Positions 25,214 through 37,600 of a stretch of 64,000 bases of DNA are shown here, piece after piece. The position numbers were made by a program, and so were the translations under genes. Numbering within the stretch: the stretch's first letter is position 1; every line of letters starts with the position of its first letter. Origin of the DNA: Pecten maximus (taxonomy: Eukaryota); NCBI RefSeq assembly GCF_902652985.1, contig NC_047015.1:28706001-28770000 (forward strand), written 5' to 3'. The notes under the pieces are model-generated. The model had not been told where the DNA came from. It did not search any database and saw only the letters and a list, made by a program, of their open reading frames with translations.

Positions 25214-27138
25214 GACCTTACGTCAGTAGATGGTATATATATAGTATCACCACACAGACATTACGTCAGTAGATGGTATATATACAGTATCACCACACAT
25301 ACCTTACGTCAGTAGATAGTATATATAGTATCACCACACAGACCTTACGTCAGTAGATGGTATATATAGTATCACCACACAGACCTTACGTCAGTAGATG
25401 GTATATATACAGTATCACCACACAGACCTTACGTCAGTAGATGGTATATACAGTATCACCACACAGACCTTACGTCAGTAGATGGTATATATAGTATCAC
25501 CACACAGACCTTACGTCAGTAGATGGTATATATATAGTATCACCACACAGACCTTACGTCAGTAGATGGTATATATACAGTATCACCACACAGACCTTAC
25601 GTCAGTAGATGGTATATACAGTATCACCACACAGACCTTACGTCAGTAGATGGTATATATAGTATCACCACACAGACCTTACGTCAGTAGATGGTATATA
25701 GAGTATCACCACACAGACCTTACGTCAGTAGATGGTATATACAGTATCACCACAGACCTTACGTCAGTAGATGGTATATATAGTATCACCACACAGACCT
25801 TACGTCAGTAGATGGTATATATATAGTATCACCACACAGACCTTACGTCAGTAGATGGTATATATACAGTATCACCACACAGACCTTACGTCAGTAGATG
25901 GTATATATAGTATCACCACACAGACCTTACGTCAGTAGATGGTATATACAGTATCACCACACAGACCTTACGTCAGTAGATGGTATATACAGTATCACCA
26001 CACAGACCTTACGTCAGTAGATGGTATATACAGTATCACCACACAGACCTTACGTCAGTAGATGGTATATATATAGTATCACCACACAGACCTTACGTCA
26101 GTAGATGGTATATATAGTATCACCACACAGACCTTACGTCAGTAGATGGTATATATAGTATCACCACACAGACCTTACGTCAGTAGATGGTATATATAGT
26201 ATCACCACACAGACCTTACATCAGTAGATGGTATATACAGTATCACCACACAGACCTTACGTCAGTAGATGGTATATACAGTATCACCACACAGACCTTA
26301 CGTCAGTAGATGGTATATATACAGTATCACCACACAGACCTTACTTCAGTAGATGGTATATATAGTATCACCACACAGACCTTACGTCAGTAGATGGTAT
26401 ATACAGTATCACCACACAGACATTACGTCAGTAGATGGTATATATACAGTATCACCACACAGACCTTACGTCAGTAGATGGTATATATACAGTATCACCA
26501 CACAGACCTTACGTCAGTAGATGGTATATACAGTATCACCACACAGACCTTACGTCAGTAGATGGTATATATATAGTATCACCACACAGACCTTACGTCA
26601 GTAGATGGTATATACAGTATCACCACACAGACCTTACGTCAGTAGATGGTATATATAGTATCACCACATAGACCTTACGTCAGTAGATGGTATATACAGT
26701 ATCACCACACAGACCTTACGTCAGTAGATGGTATATACAGTATCACCACACAGACCTTACGTCAGTAGATGGTATATATATATTATCACCACACAGACCT
26801 TACGTCAGTAGATGGTATATACAGTATCACCACACAGACCTTACGTCAGTAGATGGTATATAGAGTATCACCACACAGACCTTACGTCAGTAGATGGTAT
26901 ATACAGTATCATCACACAGACCTTACGTCAGTAGATGGTATATATACAGTATCACCACACAGACCTTACGTCAGTAGATGGTATATATAGTATCACCACA
27001 CAGACCTTACGTCAGTAGATGGTATATATACAGTATCACCACACAGACCTTACGTCAGTAGATGGTATATATATAGTATCACCACACAGACCTTACGTCA
27101 GTAGATGGTATATACAGTATCACCACACAGACCTTACG
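25214..27138. repeat. 41-45 bp minisatellite (~46 copies)
   Basis: Unit CAGACCTTACGTCAGTAGATGGTATATA(TA)YAGTATCACCACA; length varies by TA dinucleotides. Confidence 0.95.
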
Positions 27139-28124
27139 TTTTTAGTATGGGTAAGCAGAAATACTACTATCGAGAAATGGAAAATATAGTAAAATAGTCT
27201 AATAAAGTAGTTTTCATCTCTTCATTAGTCATGTCCAGTCGCCATCGGATGTCTGAATTGTAGACACAGTTTGTATATGACTTGAATCAACTAGAAAAAA
27301 TGGCCATGCCCGGAAAAAAAAAGAGTCGAAAGGGCTCCAAATACGATGTTTTTGTACTTTTCATTTAGTGCAAGCATCACAGCTATATTTCAGAAAGTCA
27401 ACTCTTATATAGAAACATCAGATTCTGTATTGCGATTCCTGTTGGTGTAGAATTTGAAACGCACAATACCAGACACAAAGTATGATTCACCCTTTTAGGG
27501 ATTAAATCATCGGCTAAAATACCCCTTTGCTGTTATAAACATATCGGTATATTTGCTGTCTTTCGTTTTTAGGACCATATCTCTATTTTGAATAATAAAT
27601 CTGTACACACGAGTCAATGAGATACCTTGAGACAGTCGGGTAATTCAATCTACCACTTTCACGTTTTCTACCGACATAGAGCTAACCAGGCGATATACAG
27701 TCGAGTAAAACAATATATTTATAAGTAGGTTTTAGTGGTCTACTTCTACATACGTATCTAGATAACTTACTGTGACAAAAATCTTGTTCCATATAAGTAA
27801 AAAAAAACCAGCTGAATTGTACTAATTACTCTTTAGTTGCTTGTCAACAATGAAAACAGCGAATCTTCATGACTAACGCAGGATATACCGTATCCGAGTG
27901 ACATTTGACATTTCGTAGTTGAAACATCAGTACCACCTTTTATCAGGAACAGAACTCTCGAACATGTCTCCAAGCTATACATTTAAGTGATATCACCAAT
28001 CTATGAGCAAAGTTTACCTAACAGAAGCCTTCGCCAAAAAGTATTTTAAAAGTAGATTTTTTCGCTTTAAAATCCACTCCTCAGAATATCCAGAAAAATA
28101 CCACCATTGAAGGCGAAGTTTTCA

Positions 28125-28690
28125 CTTACCCTGGACAGGGATATCCGCAGTTTTACCGGGGTGAGATTTTCTTATCTCACCCTAGGGAAAAGACAAGCTA
28201 TAGTACGTGCTCTTTGAACGTGCTGCTCTTTGAACGTGCTCTTCTTGTTCTCGACAGGGTGACGCCACTATGACCTGACACGGAACGTTTGCGTGTTAAT
28301 ATCAGTAATATTCACAAAAGAAAATTAAAACAAGTATTAATTATCAGAGTTAACGGAGCGTTTTTTGGACAAGTTTATCGGAATTATATTTTGTATGAAA
28401 TCAACATCGTAAGGCTGCAGCCTTATCACAAGACATTCGTCGTCCACGTGTTGTTGTTTACATACGTTTTGATTTGGTTCACACTACGATTGGAAAACAG
28501 GATAAGAAAAAAACAATAATTCACCCCTTTTTGGGACGAGATAGGGGATCTCAACCCTCGGGGGGAGATTGTTAAGTTCCCAAACACGAGGTGTTACAAT
28601 ATCCCCCCCCCCCCTCCCCCACCTCGGGTTGAGATCCTCTATCTTACCCCAAAAGGGATGAAAGATTCTATTAATCCCCCGACAGGAAAT
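28125..28690. mobile_element. Hairpin-rich interspersed element remnant
   Basis: Hairpin GGGGTGAGAT..ATCTCACCC at ~28157-28182 and a long hairpin at 28538-28644 (GATCTCAACC..GGTTGAGATC); similar CCC.GACAGG motifs at both ends. Confidence 0.35.
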
Positions 28691-29594
28691 ATAAATGATG
28701 ACCATTATTATGACGCCATTTTCTATACACGTTTTCTGTATAAAACAAAGTTAGTGCTGTGACTTTCCACAGTGAAGTTAACGCCATAACAAACTTAAGA
28801 ATATAGGGAAACTACAGAGACAAGCTGTAACATTTCTCGTATTCAATCAGTATACCTCGGTTACTCAATTGCTTATAATGTATTTATTCGTCGTAATCAT
28901 AATGATACATGCTATGATCATTATCACAAAAGAAAACACACAAATATTAAGTAACATTTTTAATAACGTAAACAGCGACATATACAATACTATTGTGATA
29001 ATTCACAATTAGAATATATGAATCTATAGACTTAGTCTATGATAAGCTGTGAACGGCAAGGTGAGTCTATGCTCAAACTGACACAGAGGGAAACACGTCC
29101 GTATAGTAACAGTTTGGCATTGTAGGCTAGTCAGTGCCGTGACGCACCGCTGCACATCACTTTCGGTACGAGTTGACATGAGCCAACTTACTGTGTCCTG
29201 TCAGCCCGTGTCCTGTCAGCTCGTCACATATATTCACAAGAATACCTTTTACCAGTATTCGGAGAGGGTCAGTAGCTGAAACGCGAGACATTTCTGATTT
29301 TCGTACACGTAGTTGACAAGAAAGCAAGAGAAAACTCATTGTCAAATCAAATCACTACTAGTATTATCTTCTTTTCGGACTCGTTAGTTATGTTAGGGGC
29401 GAACATCCCGTCTGATGACGGGAGGCTAGGAAATTAAAAACAGCTTAAACGGTTGTGGACATATAAAAGGAGAGGTATATCAACCTTTTAAAGTAATCAT
29501 TTTAATATTTGGATTAGGTAGTGAATGATTTAAAAAAGATCGTAAATCGGAACTGGTGCCACTAAGGTAAGAATATTGATTAATCACTGTTTAA

Positions 29595-30611
29595 GGGTCA
29601 TCTATATAGCAGAATAATGTTGAATTTCAAACACGAATAAATACCTAAAGATTTGCACAAAAAATGTCATGTAATATACCAAAATGTTTGTTTGGACATG
29701 TAGCTTCTTACAATCACCAATAAATTGCTATATATGCTACCAGTTTCTTCTATAGAGTAACTTTGTGGTAAGTTGTAGCATGGAATAATTCTAAGTCACG
29801 CAAATGACCAAACCTGAAAAATAGCCAAGCTGTTATGTTCACAAGTGTCTATAGCACAGGGTAGGAGCATTTGTTTGACCGGATTTAACTGTATGTACGT
29901 CTAAACACTTATTTTGTTTTGACCCTGGAATGCAAATGGCGGCTGTGAATAAGTTTACACAAATATGGCTTAAAGGGGGGCATTTCAGTTAATAACAATA
30001 CTCCTATATCAAACATTTAAGACATCTCATCATAGTTATAAGAACATTTTAAAGTCAATTTGTTAAACTGGTGAGTTTGCAGCCTTTTTCAGAAATAGGC
30101 ATATTTTACCCCAAACTCAACGGTTGAACATTTTTTCATAAAAGTAGTCTTCTTGCCACTTCAAGAATACTTTATATTGTCTAATAAGAGCATTTTTGAT
30201 GTTTTAAATACCTCCTTATATGCCGTATTTGTGTGATATCATTCACGACCGCCATTTGTAATTCAAGGTCAAAATAAAAACAGCGTTTATACATATAATA
30301 ACGTCAAAGCTGGTCAAACCAATGCTCCTATTTTGTGCTTTAGACACTTGTGAGCGAAACGACATGGCAAGTTTGTGTAATATATGGGATACAAATGAGT
30401 TAATTATGTCCCCCTGAAACATGCATTTTTCTTACGTTTTGTTGAAATTTACAAACAGCTTAACAAATTACATGTCAACAGCAAGACCCAGGGTTTGCCA
30501 TGATACATACTTAAAGTTCATCATGTTACTTCTGTGACATTGCACCATAATAGGGATTTATAGGCCTGTAAAATATCAATGTTTTGACTGGATTTGCTGT
30601 TTAGATGCCCC
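29595..30611. mobile_element. Non-autonomous DNA transposon, TTAA target site, Kolobok-like termini
   Basis: TTAA|GGGTCATCTATATAGCA ... TGCTGTTTTAGATGCCCC|TTAA. Internal ~125-bp inverted repeats at ~29824-29950 and 30241-30368. Confidence 0.65.
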
Positions 30612-31359
30612 TTAAATCATACCTAATAAAAACGGACTTTTCGTCAACAACATAAAGGGATTCGTGTTACGTGATGTCACAATACGTGCTTGCTATGACC
30701 AATTCAAATATTCTTATTTTCAACTTTCTGTTACATCATTGTAGGCTTGTTTGAATTAATGAAATTGGTCGTATATCCGAGATGCACAATGCACTTAATA
30801 GGTAGAGAAAGCGACAGTATTTTGAAGGATTTATGTAGATTGGCGAAAGGCAATTGGAGAATTTGACGGTTGTTGTTGCTAAATAAGACATCCTAGTAAA
30901 TATCATGGCAGAGTTTCAGGTATACAAACTGAACCTATCGACATGCACTGTACCGTAACAACTGAAAATTAAATTAGAAAAAATATCCTGAAACCGTTCA
31001 TAAAGGGTAAACTTTCAAATGACCCCAACGTTTGGCCCCACAGTGACCTCTGTATATTGGACCATGTTATCGCCTACTAGTTCGCGGTAAATGTATTTGA
31101 TTGTCATAATCTTGTTATGGAGACACGGTCATGGAATTGTCGCTACGGTTGGATCATCGTGGTAGCATTGTTCAATTGCTGTTATATGGTAATGTCGGGT
31201 TTCCAAGCTGTACTATTACGCACAGTGACACTATCGAGATCCAATGTCCCTACATTTTTGTGGCATATGATAACGCTGTTGGTTCCCCATGGTAACAATG
31301 TCGGGTTTTTATGGTGCTACATTTTGTTGAAATATGGTAACATTGGTTCTCCATGGTAA

Positions 31360-31590
31360 ACAATCGACACTCCCTACCCGTGTCGGCTTGTGTTTCTCGG
31401 GAAGATGAGAATCTGGCCGGTCTGTGCTGTCGTGATTGTGTCCTTGAACAAGACACTTTTCCCTAATTGCTTTAAATGACATGCGACGGGCCTCATGGAT
31501 GTTGTTCAGTGTGGTAGTCACCAACTGCTACAAAGAAACCCCGCCTTCAAATTACCTTGGTTGTTCACGGGTCAATAAACCAAAAACCAC
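31360..31590 (+). mobile_element. Degenerate SINE fragment (CORE-like)
   Basis: GTGTCCTTGAACAAGACACTTT.CCCTAATTGCT motif; tail CCTTGGTTGTTCAC..TAAACCAAAAACC resembles the tails of the other SINEs. Confidence 0.4.
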
Positions 31591-31679
31591 TGTAACAATG
31601 TTAGGTTCCCGTGGTGTTACATCTCTTGGACTATGGTAACACTGTTGATTAGGTATGGTGACAACGAAGAACCATACGA

Positions 31680-34600
31680 TTAGCGACCTGTGTGGAAGTT
31701 GTAGACCAGTAGCCTAGTGGCCTCGGATCCAATGGACACCACCAGGGTTTGTGAGTTGGAAGAAAAACAAATGCTGATAACCTCAAGTTTGGCCTTAATG
31801 CTGAACACCTCCTTCCCCGTAGAGACTTCCCAAATCTTGATTGTGTTGTTGCGACATGCTGAAGCCACCCACTCACTATTTGGCGAAAATACTGTCAGTA
31901 TCACCTGTCAAATACAAGTCATCATACGTAAGTTTTTAGAGTAATGACATAGTATAGCAACTTTAAGGATTACGAGGAACCATTACATTTTAGATGAAAG
32001 TTCGAAATACAATCGGAAATATTTATCACGAACTCAAAGGAGTTTGGCAAATATCTGGACTATGGTTAGGAATCTGTCCCTGAGCACGAACTCGCACAAA
32101 ACTAACAAGGTTTATCTCAAAATCAAGAATGATTCTGATAACACGCCGTTTAACTTTGTGATTCTTTTTTTAAAATGGTTGTATACAAAAATCCAGTACG
32201 ATATAGAGAAAGCTCAGAGCAAACACAAAATCAGTAAAATGATTAATTCATTTAAACACGAACAACTAAAAGTGTTTCATAAACTTGTCTATTCCTGCTT
32301 ACCGAGGTAGTGTGTTTTGAACACGATGACTCTTTCGTAATAGGTAGGCCGGAGTCGGTGCTGTAAATAAAGACGTAGCCTTGTTCTAACCCAAGAGCCA
32401 AATATTTCCCATTGTTGCTCTGGGCAAGTGTCATTGGCGTGCTGTTGACGTCCTGCCCAAGCCAGTCCGGACGGGACACCATTCCCTTTCTCTCCACTTT
32501 ACTCATCTTCTTGTCACATCTGCCAGTTGGAATATCCCAAAACAACACCCAACGGCGACTTGTAATCATAGCAACATTGCCTTGAAATGCAACGATTGCC
32601 TCTCCAAGTTGAGCAAACTTTGTCACAGTTCTCGAGCAATGCACAAGTCCACCTGTGGCTTGGGTCAAATCTGCCGCGCTAAACCGGTGGCGGCGGGGTT
32701 TACTGTAGAAAGCCTCTTCATTTTTCCAAGATTCTTCTACAACCTTGTAGTACTCCTCGGTCACTTTGATGCGTAACAAAATATATCTACTGTTTGCACT
32801 TAAACTAATATCAATAGCTTCGTATTCAGGAACACCTTTTAGATAAAATGCTTTCTTTGACTGTCCAACCTTAAGGTCCATGACGTCAACCATAAGTCCC
32901 TTCTCTTTCTTACAGATTATACACATGAGTGAACGGTCTTGGCTAACAGTGAAATCCAACGCACCTTTGGGAAGATCACAGTCAACAGCACTTTCGCCAT
33001 TTGTTAATTGAAAAATTTTCATTTTCCCGGCGGTTCTATCTAAAGCCACGCAGCTTTCTTTGGATATCACCTGAATCTTATTTCCTACGATGCCGATGTC
33101 AAAGGCGCATTTCAAAGACATGTCATTGAGTGACCAGATGCTGACAGTATTATCCCGTGAAGCTGCCACAAGCTCTAGACTGTCAAGGGTGATGTCGACA
33201 CTGGTAACCTGTGTTTGGCCCAGCAGACCGCTTGGATCACTTTCCTGCTTGAGAGACTGTGTAGCATTCTGTGTGAGGGCAGGTACGGACCATGTTGTCA
33301 ATTCCTTGTTGACACAAAGGGAAATAAGATGATCATCGGCACAAACAAGTCGAACTACGTCACTTTTATGGGCGGCGGACACTATGCCGTAGTGGCTATT
33401 TGTGTGTATGTTGTATAGCCCAATCTGACCCTTCGAGTCCCCCAACATGGCCAATCGGTGTGACCAGTTGACATACAGACAAGACACAGGCTCAATAGTA
33501 GACAGTTTATTTAGGACCGTCCCTTCCTCCCAGTTCACTAAGGTGACCAACCCCTGTTTGGACAGAACCGCCGCTAGTCGCTGTTTCCTGGAAACAGATA
33601 TCTGAGTCATGACATCTGGTAAAGACATCTTACTCATGATAGCGAGCTCATCTAGTTCTATTGCCATCAGTTTGCATGACACTTCGTTGTTACAAAGTCC
33701 AACAAGAAATTCTTCTGATGCTCCAAAACAAATAAGGTGACTTGAAAATGAAAAGGGCATTTTCGCAACTATATCTTTGTTTTTGTCTGAGGTTGGAAAC
33801 ATTCGGATGAATCCTTTGCTGTCTTTGGCTTCTTCAGTCTCGCCACAGTTCCCTGTCACAATGACTGCGGGACTGTCCCAGCCAGTACACACTAAATTTA
33901 CAACATCAACTGCGTCCTCTGTCAAGGTCATCTGTCTGATCGGCTTCATGGAGCTGAAGTCGATCAGAAGGATACTTCTATCACAAAAAAGAATGGCCAG
34001 GAACGAGGATTCTGTGTCAAAAGCCCACATGGCAGGGCTGGTCTCTGCAGACAGTTCTGTTGACATATCAGATAACTTCGTACTCATGGTGACTTTTCTG
34101 AATAGATTCACCGCGTTGATTCGTCCGTTGTTGTAATAATAAATAGTCTTTCCAGCCCGGTCCAAACTTGGCATCATTCCATTCCCGAATGTGTCGGGGA
34201 GACTGACCTTTTGTTGGTCTTCTGTAACAGCATTGTACACAGCATAATCATCTTTTCTTTCTTTGTCTGATTCCTTGCCACTCAGCCGTAATAGAATAGA
34301 CTCCCCGCCGACACTTATGATATCTTCACAGCCCTTGAGAGAATCTTTCATTGCACTGGAGGTGTCGGCACCAAGAGCCATACAGGCATATTTCGGGATC
34401 AGCAAAGGTTTTCTTTGAGATTCTAGGTATTCTAATGCTGTCCCTAACAATCTTTTCAAGTTGGTTTCACCCTCTACCAGCGATATTTTGGATAACAGGC
34501 TGACGCTAAACTTTTCCTCATTGCTAAGATCTTCTAATTTGCACATAGAAAAAAAATATCTTAGCTTCTGGCCCTCGACATCCTCTGTCCTTGCCACAAA

Positions 34601-37600
34601 TGCTGTAAGGTCCTCCAGGAGTGCTGTCAAAGGAAATGCGGCAATCTTGGCTTTCAGGAAGTGAAAATTGCAGAGGCACTTTTCCTTGACTAGGTTTGAT
34701 GATATCATTTCTTTCGCATTATTTATGTAGTAAGGAAGACAGGAAAGCATTCTCATGTTCTTGCTCACCATAGCCTGTGGTGTGATTTGTCGGTCAGCAT
34801 CTGCAATGCTTTTTTTCCTCCATTGAAGCTGAATGCTACGCTTGACTGAATGGTACATGAAGATTTCGGAGAAGTTTCTGTGGAGTTTCTGGCCATCTTT
34901 TCCCTGTGTGTACAATGTACGTCCAACCGCCGTGAATTGTCTATGGTACCAATTCAATGTATACTTGCCGTGAGAACGCCTTTCTACAAGGTATTCTTTG
35001 AGATCGTAGCGGAGACGAGCCCAAAGGACTGGCGGTATGCGAACAATACCTTCTACGGGTGGGTCATGGTAATGGTATATGTCGTTGAGAGCTTCATCAT
35101 CACAAGAGAGGACGTCTTCCATCTCCGTTTCCGAGGCACCGTTCATTGCAATAGTGATGTAACCAAGAGCATGATTAGTGAAAACCTTTCCAAACTTAGT
35201 TTCCATGTCTTGAAATAAATGTGAGATAGCACTTTGGACGGTGTCAGCCAGTACATGTTCCTGTTCAGGTGTATAAGACTTCCACTTGACCGCCTCGTCT
35301 AATAGCAACTTCAGATAGAGTGGACCTGGCCTCTTAGTGAAGTGGGACAGAAGGTACTTTAGCTGAATGTCATTCAAAGTTCGCTTCCTCCGACTTAGAT
35401 ATTTACTGACTATTTCCTTGCCTGTTTTTAACGAGAGTTCAGGAACAGCGATGTAACTCTGGTCGCTCGGGAGTATGTCTCTCAGTGTGTCCAGGATACC
35501 ATGTTCTTCTGGTAATGTGGACACAATAAGTTTCACATTCGATGGCAATGCAGTGGGTAACCATGCCAACGAATATGCATTATGGTCGTCTGTCAACTGG
35601 TCCAAAGAATCAAGAAGGATTACGATTGGATCTTTGATGGCACTTGCCGCCCGCCTCAGGAATCTTGGTAAATATTCCATCAAATTTTTCATTGTCTTAT
35701 ACGTCGCGGGATCCATGATGAAATTAGCGATGTCAGCGAGTTGTGCACACACACCAAACAAAACATTAAAGATGTTGGTGCTCAAAGGGCTTGTGCCGAG
35801 GAAGCGGATGACTGCAACATGCTTCTTCTTCAACCAGGATGACAGATTTTTCATGATCATAGCCATGATGGATGTCTTTCCTGCCCCTGAGGGAGCATGT
35901 AGAACAAGGGGCTTGCGTGATGTGTCAGTGAGGATGTATGACTTTACACTATCAAGAACATCAGCCTGTCCACAGAACGTTTCACACTTGGTGTTACAGA
36001 ACTGGAGATGGTGAATCAGTTCTGCGTAATCTGTGTACCATTCAGACCAGCGGATATTCGGTAGGTAGTCTGACATTCCGTCCTCTATCAGCACTTTCAT
36101 GTCCGACAAAAAGTCATTACAGAAACACTCGATGTACTTTGCGTGGTATTTATTCGAGTTTGGGTCTATACCTCCAGGTATCCATGGGGTTCCATATTCA
36201 CGTCGGTTTAAGCCTTTCAGTTTCTTCTTTACTTTATTGAAAAGTTCGTTCTGTAGACTCTCTATCTCAGTGTCAACTTCAAGCTGCAAAGATAAAAATA
36301 TTTTGTGAACTAATCTGCGAGAGAAGTACCCATCAAGTAAGAAATGAGTTGGTCCTATACACACGGTATACATTTCTATCGTACATTAGTAGGTAGACTA
36401 AGTAAGCTAAACCTCAGACAAAGGTTTGATTTCTATGTTTTTGACATACCGTACCTATTAAGTGTATTTGAATACTTAGAAGTATTCAAATATGAGAATG
36501 TTCATAGTTTTAACGTTTAACAGAACCCTAGTAGTTAGATAATTACTGGTAATCAAAGATCTGAATATAGCAAAGACATTTGAGCAAAGTAAAGTAGAAC
36601 TAGCTACTCTGACCTAAACATGGAGTAAAAGTACGACAGGTAACACTTCCGATACTTTCATAATATATTTACCAATTACTTAATTCCTTAAAGAAGACAG
36701 CTGATAATGCTTCTATAAAGGGACAATAATGAAAACAAAACCTTAATTCAAAGTGAACACATGACCCTTGAAAGGGAATAAGAACACTTCATTGATCACA
36801 CCCATCATCTAAGTGAAATCCCAGTGATTTCACTTAACTCAAAATTTAGGTAGCGACAAGAAAACTATGATACAAACTAATGAGCATATAACAGCTGATG
36901 ATGTGTTGCCCATAACTTTCATCAAACTGCATAATCCGAAACACTTTCAGCAAAATCTTCTTCTAGCAAACATTATATTTGGATCTTTGCTTTGAAAATT
37001 GAATATTTACATACAAAAGGTGGAAAGTATGTAAGTTATATATCCCTGCGGGTAGGAATAAAAATACTAATGGTAGTACACACTACATGTTCCCTGCAGA
37101 ATGTGACTTGCTTCCATTCCTAGTATTAAATCCTCAACACACACAAACCTTGCCATTATTGTCTTTGATCTCAATGTATCTTTTGACATCCTTGTCAGAC
37201 AAAGATTCATTGTTGAGCCCAGTTAAGGTTCGGGAGTAAACCACAGTGTGGGCAACTGGATCTTTGGCATCTAGTAAGCCTTTCTTTATCTCTGTCTCTG
37301 TCACTGAAATAAATACCAACATAAATGTCTTAATTATTGATTGCAGAATACATTGTGTCTTGCTTATTTTTATTATTTTATTTTAAGAAGTACAGAATTG
37401 CAATTTAATTCTTTTCAATGAATGTCAGGATTCAATTAGTGTTTTAACTCCACTTGTCTCGGAAGATCAAACTGATATTGGCCATTCATTACTTGTTCAA
37501 ATCATTAAAATTGCTGGCTTTATCTACCTTTTACAACAACTTGGTATTTATTAATTGATAGTTTATATTTTGGAAGGTTTATGGAATTCAAAGGAAAAAA

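Noticed and set aside
10190-27138. Regular arrays resembling CRISPR
   Set aside because: Head-to-tail repeats with no unique spacers, no cas genes and a eukaryotic context.
36284-36373. N-terminal extension (and C-terminal tail 32252-32302) of the 1373-aa ORF
   Set aside because: Intronic read-through; homology with paralog A and AG/GT sites set the exon at 36283-32303.
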